From NCBI RefSeq assembly GCF_006345805.1, contig NC_043024.1:14694001-14758000 (forward strand): a DNA stretch of 64,000 bases, written 5' to 3'. This document shows, piece by piece, positions 54,365 through 64,000 of this stretch. Both the position numbers and the translations under genes were made by a program. The notes beneath the pieces are model-generated. The model searched no databases. It saw only the letters and a program-made list of their open reading frames with translations, and was not told the DNA's origin. The stretch is from Octopus sinensis. Lineage: Eukaryota. Positions within the stretch are counted from its first letter, which is position 1. Every line of letters starts with the position of its first letter.

Positions 54365-54545
54365 TATCGTTGGCGATTTTTTTCCTCCGTCTTCCTTTCC
54401 TTTTTCTATGTTTCTGACAAAGAGCTCCGCTCAAAACATTAAACCCTCCTTCTTTCTTTCCTTCCTGAGCCAATAACACTATACTTGTTCCATGTCCTTG
54501 CGTTGTTGTGTTTTCTTTTTGTGTTTTCATGTTTGGATTAACTTT
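54365..54545 (+). mobile_element. Penelope-like pLTR remnant with a decayed hammerhead
   Basis: gttt-ctgacaa-agagc-tcc-gctc-aaaac-att-aaac at 54410-54445. Confidence 0.5.
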
Positions 54546-54718
54546 ATATATATATATATATTCGATGGGCTTCTTTCAGTTTCTGTCCACCAAATCCACT
54601 CACAAGGCTTTGGTCAGCCCAAGGCTATAGTAGAAGACACTTGCCCAAGGTGATGCATACCACTAATTGTATGTCCAGTGACTGGGGCAAAAGTTTACAT
54701 TTCTTCTTTTAGCCTTTA

Positions 54719-55235
54719 CTAGCAGTATCGCCCGGCGTTGCTCGGGTTTGTAAGGGAAATAACTATATAAGCATTTTTAGAGAGTTACTTCCCTTATAGA
54801 TGCCAATTCGGGCTTTCTTAGCCATTTCTGTTCTGGTGTCTTCAAGCCATGAAGTCGTTGTTCTAAAAGAACGCTGGTCTCCTTGACAACGCTTTACGAC
54901 GTTGATTTCCTTACACTCCCTTCCCCACAGCTTCACGAGGGAGGGAAGAAGGGGGAGAAGCAAACACAGGTGCAGGTGTTTGAGCGTGGATGCCAACTCC
55001 GCCGCCATCGACACACGAAAAATTATGCATTAAAATGGAATAAAAAATGATGTTAAATTATTTTTAAAATCGTAGACTCATCGTAGACGCGCGCTAATAC
55101 CCAGACGGGCTCGATATGAATCACGACTATAAGATACCCGAATTTGGTTAAACTGCACCGCAAAATGTGGGAGTAGTTAGGAATCTAAATCGAAGGGGAC
55201 AGACACTCACACAACTACAGTTTTATATATATAGA
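54719..55235 (-). mobile_element. Non-autonomous Helitron (same family as 35379)
   Basis: Reverse complement of TC...hairpin...CTAG, at an A|T site. Confidence 0.85.
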
Positions 55236-55284
55236 TTTCACTCAGATACTCGTTTAAAAGCCTAACTTGTTTCTCTCTTTCCAG

Positions 55285-55420
55285 ACATTTACAGCAGATA
55301 GTGTTGTAGATATTCCAGCGAAGATGCCTGATGAAACAATAATGATATCTTTCACTAAAAACTTACCCTTTCGACCCATTAGAGTAACTATTAGTATTCT
55401 TACTTGTTTACGGAATGCAT
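55285..55420 (+). CDS. Exon completing the discoidin-like domain (TFTADSVVDIP...VTISILTCLRNA)
   Basis: Branch cctaac, then ttctctctttccag|ACA...GCAT|gtaagt; phase 0 to 1, complementary to the 52990 exon; supplies the closing Cys. Confidence 0.82.
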
Positions 55421-56096
55421 GTAAGTATTTGATTTATTTGCTACTGTCATATAGTATAATCTGATTTGATTTTTTGGATAATAGAAACTCTGCTTTCTTT
55501 CCTCTGCTTATTTTAACCTTTTGTCTATTTTGAATTGCATCCTTAGAATTCCTTCATATTCATAACTTTTATTGCAGATTACTCTGTTAAATGTAATATT
55601 TTTTTTTATTCAAATTGTTTTGAATTAATCAAACATTATCTCATAGCTTTGAGGTTTCAATGATGTGAATTATTTTTAGAATGGCATTGTAGGTTAGGTG
55701 TGAGAGGCTAGATATTGCCAGTTTGAATATAAAACATATAGAATATTTGGGCCGGATATGGCCGGTTTAAACACTAAAGGGTTAAGTCTAGTCACCAGCA
55801 TGATATATCTAAAATATATTTGGTTTATCTTTTACTTGTTTCAGTCATCAGACTGTGGCCATACAGGGGCACTTTTGTCAAAAGTGTTAATGAGAAAAGA
55901 AAACTTGGAAATTTCTGTGGAAATACCTACATTTTGAAGCTGAATGATGCCTGAGTTACAATTACTCTTCAGAGATCTTTATTAGATCTTCTAAGAAAGA
56001 GAATAAGGCTTTTGAAAATAAGAGATTTAGAGAGAATAAAATCTGATATCTAGGCCCATTAGAGAGACAAACTTGGGATTAGTGGATTTGTAGCAG

Positions 56097-56649
56097 TTGA
56101 TGAGTTATACTCTCCAGTGTGACGGAAACTCTGAAAGAATATCAGTCCATAGTATATGTGATTCTTGTTGCACTATTTTGGCAAATGACCAAAGGTTTTG
56201 TACTTCCCTGGGCATGGATACATTGAAACTCCGAAGTATGGCAGCTGACTTGGCAGACACCCATAAAATTATTAACCATCTTACAATCAATAACTCTGAG
56301 CACCTTTTCAAACTCCACCCGTCTAACACCCGTGGACATATTTACAAAGTCACAAAACAGCGCAGCTCCCATGACTTTAGGAAACATTTTTTAACTCTAA
56401 GAGTTTCTGAAGCATGGAACAAACTGCCGGCATCAGCTGTTAGTTGTTGGAGCACTGCATCCTTCAAAACTTCCATGGTTCCTGAGATTTGCCAACACTA
56501 CACCTGATTTTATCCCCTCCATACACACACAAGCATGTATCTGACTCATACACTGTTCGCTTTCCAGACATTTGTACATTTCTGCATATACTTTATATAC
56601 ACTTTTGACAAGTTGTGGTGCACCTGAGCACTGTATACAATAATTTCAC

Positions 56650-56692
<43 letters not shown>
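56097..56692 (+). mobile_element. CR1-clade LINE 3' end with an (ATT)n tail
   Basis: LGMDTLKLR...DL...KI...SNTRGH.YK...RKHFLTLRV..AWNKLP; (att)n at 56650-56692. Confidence 0.88.
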
Positions 56693-56693
<1 letters not shown>

Positions 56694-57077
56694 TGGTAAA
56701 TTATTTGCTTTATTCGTTAAATTACAACAAAAGCAGCCTTGCATTCAAAGTAGTAGCCATCGTGTTGCACCGTCTGAAGTCAGTTCTTTGATCCTACACT
56801 GATACCACTTCTTGTCCTTTGGGGCAAAATTTTCAATAAACTGAAATAGTAAAATAAAAATTATTCATTCGTGTTAAAACATTACAAAATGTTTTTCCTT
56901 TGACTAACATGTTCACATTCTTTTCTCAAGATTTGCATTTAATTAGTACAGCTTTTATCTGTTTTATGCTTTTTTTTATTTCATTTGTTTTACAAATTAA
57001 TTAACAGACACACACGCTTTTTCTCACACACACATGCATATGCCCCTCTACATGCACACACACATACACACTTACAT

Positions 57078-57463
57078 TGTGGAGGCGCAATGGCCCAGTG
57101 GTTAGGGCAGCGGACTCGCGGTCATAGGATCGCGGTTTCGATTCCCAGACCGGGCGTTGTGAGTGTCTATTGAGCGCAAACACCTAAAGCTCCACGAGGC
57201 TCCGGCAGGGGATGGTGGTGATCCTTGCTGTACTCTTTCACCACAACTTTCTCTCACTCTTACTTCCTGTTTCTGTTGTACCTGTATTTCAAAGGACCGG
57301 TCTTGTCACTCTCTGTGTCACGCTGAATATCCCCGAGAACTACGTTAAGGGTGCACGTGTCTGTGGAGTGCTCAGCCACTTACACGTTAATTTCACGAGC
57401 AGGCTGTTCCGTTGATTCGGATCAACCGGAACCCTCGTCGTCGTAACCGACGGAGTGCTTCCA
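57078..57463 (+). mobile_element. SINE family B, full length
   Basis: 12-bp TSD acacacttacat. Confidence 0.92.
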
Positions 57464-57714
57464 ACACACTTACATACAAAGCTCAAAAATTCAAAATGTC
57501 TACTTAGTCTACTCAGATTTCCTTGCACTAAAAATTGCTTCCCCTTTACAGAAGCTCTTTTAGTGAGAAATTAAATCACTCAATAACATTTTCAATAACT
57601 AAACTTCAGCTTTAAAAATACTCTGCTACTTTAAAACAGAATTTCTGCATACTCCTGTCACATTATTTTGTATTAAAACATTGTTAATGATGATATTTGT
57701 TCTTTCTTCCTCAG

Positions 57715-57744
57715 CTAATATAAAGGAGTCACCATATGTACTAG
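57715..57744 (+). CDS. Candidate 30-nt phase-1/phase-1 microexon (SNIKESPYVL)
   Basis: tttgttctttcttcctcag|CTAATATAAAGGAGTCACCATATGTACTAG|gtaaga; strong splice sites; open in the frame set by the 55285 exon. Confidence 0.65.
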
Positions 57745-57970
57745 GTAAGAAAAATCTGTTTATTTCTAGCTCTACAAATTTTTCTTTTCTTTTTTTTTGT
57801 TTTGTTAGATTTTTGCATTGAGAACACATTTCCTATGTTTGCAATTTAGCATTATTTTTGTTAAGAATTATATTTCACTATTTTTTTTCTTGAATTTTCT
57901 ATGGTTTTTATGTATTATTTTTATTTTTTTATTTTTGCTATTTTTTAAATTTAGAAATTTGTATTTACTC

Positions 57971-58011
<41 letters not shown>

Positions 58012-58101
58012 GGGAAAAGAGAGTAAATGTGAATGAGAGAGTAAATCAGGGTTGTATTTTTTTGTTGTTTTGTTTTTCTTTTGTACTCACTGTTGTTATA
58101 G

Positions 58102-58118
58102 AAACAAAGCTGTATTGA
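58102..58118 (+). CDS. Possible terminal coding exon (ETKLY*)
   Basis: Very long U-rich tract, ctcac branch-like motif, gttatag|AA ACA AAG CTG TAT TGA in phase 1; aataaa at about 58491. Confidence 0.3.
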
Positions 58119-60424
58119 ATGTTTGCTAATATAAGTGCTACAACAGGAAATTTACTTTGGCAATCAATATATTTTTATTGCTACTCTACTTCTGCTTAAA
58201 AAAAACCATTAAGTTAGTTATCTGCCCCACAGTTTTGTGTAATATAAAAAGAACACACAGAAAAGAAAGAAAATAAGAAAGATGTTTTACACCTTGCATT
58301 TAGATTAGACAAGCATCCATTATTCCAATTATTTCATCTGGCATCTCCAGTGACAAGGTTTTTGATGTGATCGAACACCGACCAACTTTTGTTCTTTGAC
58401 TTTCCTCTCTATCTGACACAGACTGGAAATCATATATATAGTTTTATGGTTTGTTCTAAAGCACCACTGATTACCCACAAAATAAACTTTGATTTGATCA
58501 TTACCAAATACACAGAGAAGAGAAAATCCTTATATTTTGCAATCCAGCATTTTGTACTTCTGTTTTATATGTAGCACTTTTTGCACTCTTGAAGTGCTTT
58601 ATATTAATGGAAATGTTCTAGTTTAAGCTCCAGAATTTGTGAGCACTAATTAGTCAAGAGCTCTTGATGAGGTCGTTATCACTAAACTGATCTTATTTCT
58701 TGTGTTGAGTAAAGCATAGCATCTCCAAAGAGCACACAAGTCATCTTTGATAATGTCCCATAAACTTTTAGCATCATCTTTGATCTGTATCCATGGCACA
58801 TGATCAGTCCATATACAACAAACAGCCATAGACTTGAGCTATACATGATATGGACGTTTCCATTTTAGCAATAGTCTCACAGCTAGTCTTTTGCATATCA
58901 CTCTACTTACAAGACAATCATGATAGCAGGTGGGGGGGCCACACTGATTAATCATATAGAGCCAGGTACTAAAGGAAAAAACTTGTAGAGACAGCCATTA
59001 TGCATGCAGAGACATTTGTCAATGTAGCATATGAATTCATATAAATCTGAATGGAAAAAGGTATCAAAAAATAGTCTGGCTTAAGAGAGGAATTCAATGC
59101 TTCTTGTTATCACTTATTCTGATAAAATTTATCTATCCAGAAAAAAAACTACCTTCTTAAATTCACAGGTAATCTCACCTCACTGGGGAGAGATGTGTCA
59201 GTAGAAAGGTCACCAAGAAGACAAGTAACTAAGGTAGTCTTATATGTAAGACTGTTTAAAGCTACATTTACAGTCAGAAGGATAATGCATGCAGGCATCT
59301 GAGGGAAATGAGCCCTAAATTCTGTGATTCTTGAAATAAAATAGGACACATGGTGATGTTATCATCACTAAAGCGATGTGTTTGTGAACTCAAAGACTTA
59401 TGTTACCATAAGTCTATCTGATATTTATAAGTTCGTCTTCCTAGACCCCATACCTTCACTCCTATTAAGATAAACCATGTATTTCATGATTTACGAATAA
59501 CTAATAGATTAAGGAAAGTAAAAGATTATTGGAAAGAAGACCAGAAGGTGAAATATAAAGAAAGTTCTGAGTTGCACAGAAAGCAAGAGACTAGAGTTGA
59601 AAAGACAGATTAGAGCCAGAGTTTAAGATGAAGCAGCTTATTCTAGATATAATATACACACACTAAGTTTTATAGTAAGACTTTATAACATTTATACAGA
59701 TACAGGCATAGCTGCATATTTGTCAATGCACTAGTGACCGGATGTGTTCTTCACAGCTCTGACCAGCCAACAGCTGAAGACACAGAAATACAATCACAAC
59801 CCAGCTGTACATCTGAAATCCTTTTCAAAATAACTTTAAAAACCTGAATATTTTCAATTTAAAAACTTCAAAAATACTTGAAATTTTCTGCGGGTATTTG
59901 AGTGTTTTCTCTGATTATTCAAATATGCACACATCTCTTCTCCTACAAGAACACTTTTAAACACCAATGGATATCTGACTTAAGCAGCTTCAAAATAAAT
60001 TAGTCCTCCTGAGAATATAATTTCTTAATTTCTTTTGGCTGTCTGAACACACAAACATTTCTCTTTCATATAAATTTAGAAAAACAAATCGAATATCTAC
60101 AACTTTCAGACAAAACTGAAACACCTCCAGAACACAATACCCAGAACTGATACCAAACGCAAAAGACAAGCAATTGACATATTAACAAACTGCTCTGCTA
60201 CTAAAACTGCAAAGCTCATTATAACTTCATTAACACTGGAAAATATAAAGTCATTGATAATTAAAACCACAAAGTAAATCAGTCCTCCTCAAAATCTTCC
60301 ATCACTTTCACCATCCATAATATCAGTGACTATTAATGCTCTAATCATATATCTTGACCTTTGCTGACCACATGGAAGCAAGCATTTGTTTGTTGGTTCC
60401 CTGCTTACATCTATTAAATCTACT

Positions 60425-60731
60425 TGTTGCTTGTTCTTTCTCAAGCCATGCCTGGCTCATAAGAGCCGGTTTCCTGATTTCCTTGGTGCATAGGTTCTCC
60501 ACCTGGACGGGACGCTGGTCCATCGCAGGTGATCTGCTAGATGCAGGAGGAAAGAGTGAGAGAAAGTTGTGGCAAAAGAGTCAGTAGAAGTTTGCCATTA
60601 CCTTCTGCCGGAGCCGCGTGGACCTTAAGTTTTTCGCTCATAAACACACACATCGCCTGGTCTGAGATTCGAACCCGCGATCCCTCGACTGCGAGTCCAC
60701 TGCTCTAACCACTAGGCCATGTGCTTCCACA
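60425..60731 (-). mobile_element. tRNA-derived SINE with a B-like head and a D-like 3' body
   Basis: Reverse complement gtggaagcacatggcctagtggttagagc...ggttcgaatctc ... gcgatggaccagcgtcccgtccagg. Confidence 0.75.
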
Positions 60732-60794
60732 AATCTACTTATAGACTAATGATATCTAACTGTGGGCTAACCTGTCTTTCTTCTTACCCCAAAG

Positions 60795-61020
60795 TTAAGC
60801 CTGTAACCTTAACTTTGCCAACCCCCCAGCAGCAACAACAACAACAACAACAACAACTTATCTGTATACATATAGAGGCAGCAGCAAGCTTCTGAGGGGA
60901 GCTCAGACAAGCACAAAAACAACAACAAAAGCAACAACACACTCTGAGGTAACAACAAGGACAATGATAACCACAGTCTGCCAATGCCAATTCCTTTTCT
61001 CTGGGGCTACAGAATGGTAG
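60795..61020 (+). CDS. Candidate Thr-rich mucin-like exon (needs one extra C in the C6 run at 60822-60827)
   Basis: gctaac branch, ctgtctttcttcttaccccaaag| acceptor; VKPVTLTLPT then, shifted by 1 nt, PPAATTTTTTTTT...TSTKTTTKATTHSEVTTRTMITT. Confidence 0.3.
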
Positions 61021-61114
61021 CCTAACCAGAGACAAAAGCAACACTACCAACAACAGTGTTTCTGTGGCTATAAAAAGTAGCCACAAGGACAAAGGCAACA
61101 ACAACAACAATAAT

Positions 61115-61230
61115 ACCTATTTCTTTATTACCCACAAGGGGCTAAACACAGAGGAGATAAACAAGGACAGACATAGGTATTAAGTCGATTACATTGACCC
61201 CAGTGCGTAACTGGTACTTAATTAATCGAC
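61115..61230 (-). mobile_element. SINE family C, 3' part
   Basis: Reverse complement of the C module. Confidence 0.75.
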
Positions 61231-61377
61231 CAGCAACAACACTTTTGATGGATAGCTCCAAGGAGTCTAAAATAAACGGCTTGGCTACTTCCTTCTTTTC
61301 ATATATTAAACGCCATACCATTTCAACTCTCAGACAACCCAAAACATCATCATCACCACAGATACTCTCTACCATAC

Positions 61378-61683
61378 CAAAGAGGTCCTGGCTGCCCTCT
61401 AACTCAAACATACTGACCCACCTGCAGACCTCAGACCTATACCTCCAATCAACTTCCAACAGAAATGGATGTCACTCATGGTTCTGAATGTCCCAACCAT
61501 CCCATCTAGAATGAGTAATATGTATTGCAATAGCTTGGGATTCAAAGGTCAATGGCTATTTAATATCTAGCCCAAAAATCTGAGCGGTTTACATGGAGTA
61601 GGGGTAGATGTTTTCAATAAACAACTTGACCTTCTGTTGTCCAAGATTCCAGATGAAGCGATATCATATCAAGAAACTCAAGA
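61378..61683 (+). repeat. About 300-bp duplicate of 63594-63895 (CRE fragment fused to another LINE 3' end)
   Basis: Near-identical sequence from gaggtcctggctg to gaaactcaaga at both positions. Confidence 0.9.
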
Positions 61684-61904
61684 TGTCCCAACCATCCTAT
61701 CTAGTTTCTTTTGGAAGTTGACATATCATAGGAAAAAAAAAAGGAATAAAAAAGGGAGAGAAAAGGAAAAAATCCCTTATAGACTAACATGTCCGCATTT
61801 ACAAATTTACAGTAACTAGAATACGTTGTAATGTAATGTTGCAGTGTGCTTGAGTCTACATCCTTGGACCATCATCCTCAAACCAAACTGGGTGAATAAT
61901 TGCT

Positions 61905-62127
61905 TTTCACTCTTTCACTCATTTACTTGTTTCAGTCATTTGACTGCGGCCATGCTGGAGCACCGCCTTTAATCAAGCAATTCGACCCCGGGACTTATTC
62001 TTTTTGTAAGCCCAGTACTTATTCTATCGGTTTCTTTTGCTGAACCGCTAAGTGACGGGGACGTAAACACACCAGCATCGGTTGTCAAGCAATGCTAGGG
62101 GGACAAACACAGACACACAAACATACA

Positions 62128-62173
<46 letters not shown>

Positions 62174-62340
62174 TACGACAGTCTTCTTTCAGTTTCCATC
62201 TACCAAATCCACTTACAAGGCTTTGGTCGGCCTGGGGCTATAGCAGAAGACACTTGCCCAAGGTGCCACGCAGTGGGACTGAACCCAGAACCATGTGGTT
62301 GGTTAGCAAGCTACTTACAACACAGCCACTCCTGTGCCTA
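61905..62340 (-). mobile_element. SINE family A
   Basis: Full reverse complement. Confidence 0.9.
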
Positions 62341-62684
62341 CTAGTGAACATTCATATTTGCATTTTGGACACGGACACACACATGGATGGATTACATGCA
62401 GTGATTGTCTAAGGGAGAAAGAAAGAGTGAAGTTGGGAGGATTTCAGGTTGTCTCTCTCTCCCTTCATTGATCTCAGTTTCTCTTTGTTTTCTCTTTTCC
62501 CCCTTGCTCAGATTTCTGCACGGGTCAGATCATCAGCTTCCCTTAATCCAGTGGCCATCACCTCATCAGTATTGCAACCCTGTCTCCCACCCATTTTTGG
62601 AATGGCAGTCAAATTTGCACCTCTACCTCCTCCGTGGGTGGGGTGCCAACGCCCTTGTCAAACATTGCTCTAGTCCCATATTTA

Positions 62685-62893
62685 TTTCTTTACTTCCCAC
62701 AGAGAGGACAAACAAGGACAAACAAATGGATTAAGTCGATTGTATCGACCCCAGTGCATAACTGGTATTTATTTAATCGACCCCGAAAGGATGAAAGGCA
62801 AAATTGACCTTGGCGGAATTTGAACTCAGAACGGAACAGCAGACAAAGTACCGCTAAGCATTTCGCCCGGTGTGCTAACGTTTCTGCCAGTTC
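62685..62893 (-). mobile_element. SINE family C
   Basis: Reverse complement of head and module. Confidence 0.85.
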
Positions 62894-62929
62894 TAGTCCC
62901 ATACTGTGTGATCCAACCTCTTATACCCA

Positions 62930-63900
62930 CAGGAAACTAGCTGCAGCACATGTGCCACCACCAGCAGGCATAAGAAAGGGAGGAACTGTTCAGGATGTGG
63001 CTGTTTCCATCATCTCTCTTGCACCAGCCTGATACAGTGGCCCTTGAGTGTGCTCTCAATGTGGGGAGACAGAAGCTGTTAATTTACCCCCTCAGCCACA
63101 CAGTAGCAGCCATCCCCCACACCCTCAGATGAGACAGCATGTCTGTCTGATTTCCAACGCTCACTGGTCAACCTCACCTGGCTCAGGAGGCTTCATAATA
63201 TCCCTCTTAAGGTCCTGAAAACAGCCCAGTTGCTAGTGGCTGATACCTTTGCATCCTCAGTCGAGAAAGCTCTAAAATCTGGTCGACCACGTAATTGGGA
63301 TCAACTGTTTTATTTTGCTCTGCTTGTTCTTGGTCTCCCCAACACTGTCACCAAATGAGACAGCCTATCAACAATGGCCCTAGACAAGGCCAACATCTCG
63401 TCCTGGAGCAGACGTCCATACCTAGATTGTCTGAACATACTGCACACCACTCGTTCTTGCACCTACTGACCTCCACCCCTAACACTGGCTCAAAGTGTCT
63501 ACACACCCATGTAAATGCCAAACTTATCAAGGGCAACATCTCAGCAGTTATTAGAGTAGTCACCTCTGATGACACTACTCTCTACCCTACCGAAGAGGTC
63601 CTGGCTGTCCTCTAAATCAAACATACTGACCCACCTGCAGACCTCAGACCCATACCTCCAATCAACTTCCAACAGAAATGGATGTCACTCATGGTTCTAA
63701 ATGTCCCAACCATCCCATCTAGAATGAGTAATATGTATTGCAATAGCTTGGGATTCAAAGGTCAATGGCTATTTAATATCTAGCCCAAAAATCTGAGCGG
63801 TTTACATGGAGTAGGGGTAGATGTTTTCAATAAACAACTTGACCTTCTGTTGTCCAAGATTCCAGATGAAGCGATATCATATCAAGAAACTCAAGAGGGG
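62930..63900 (+). mobile_element. Degenerate CRE-clade non-LTR retrotransposon fragment joined to the C-terminal piece of a different LINE
   Basis: RRLHNIPLKVLKTAQLLVADTF...NWDQLFYFALLVL and VNAKLIKGNISAVIRVVTSDD...TEEVLAVL*IKHTDPPADLRP resemble the pre-RT region of animal CRE elements. They are followed by ...PKNL..LHGVGVDVF.KQLDLLLSKIPDE. Confidence 0.55.
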
Positions 63901-64000
63901 GGAGCAATATCAATCCTTGTTGTTCACCAAAAGCCAATCACAAGAGATTGACCATTGAAAAGATGATGCCAGCATTGCTCCAGCATGGCCACAGCATTTG

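Noticed and set aside
58260-60350. Possible very old LINE-derived sequence (VLFGD-like motif on - near 58730; APE-start-like sequence near 60300 on +)
   Set aside because: Too degraded to support boundaries or family by eye; needs a profile search.
26122-62893. tRNA-like sequences with A and B boxes
   Set aside because: They are 5' heads of SINEs, followed by family bodies, tails and TSDs; no complete cloverleaf was recognised.

Overview
AT-rich, repeat-dense animal genomic DNA with one 100-N assembly gap (39387-39486). The SINE families resemble octopus repeats; this is pattern recognition, not a database result. The window appears to hold the 3' part of one giant + strand mucin-like gene. 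It begins with an exon of at least 18.5 kb made of about 980 copies of an 18-bp unit (IPTTTS), which runs into unique S/T/P-rich sequence and ends at a phase-1 donor at 18490. Next come ten tandemly duplicated phase-1/phase-1 microexons in two families (42 nt x6, one of them 41 nt; 57-60 nt x4), plus single 18-nt and 30-nt candidates. Two larger exons (52990-53258, 55285-55420) splice in frame into a divergent discoidin/F5-8 type C-like domain. The six-frame ORF track misses almost all of this exon structure. The introns contain tRNA-derived SINEs, RTE, CR1 and CRE LINE fragments, a Ty3/gypsy relic, mariner derivatives, non-autonomous Helitrons and long palindromes. They also contain Penelope-type remnants, one with an intact-core hammerhead ribozyme (minus strand, 40453-40525).
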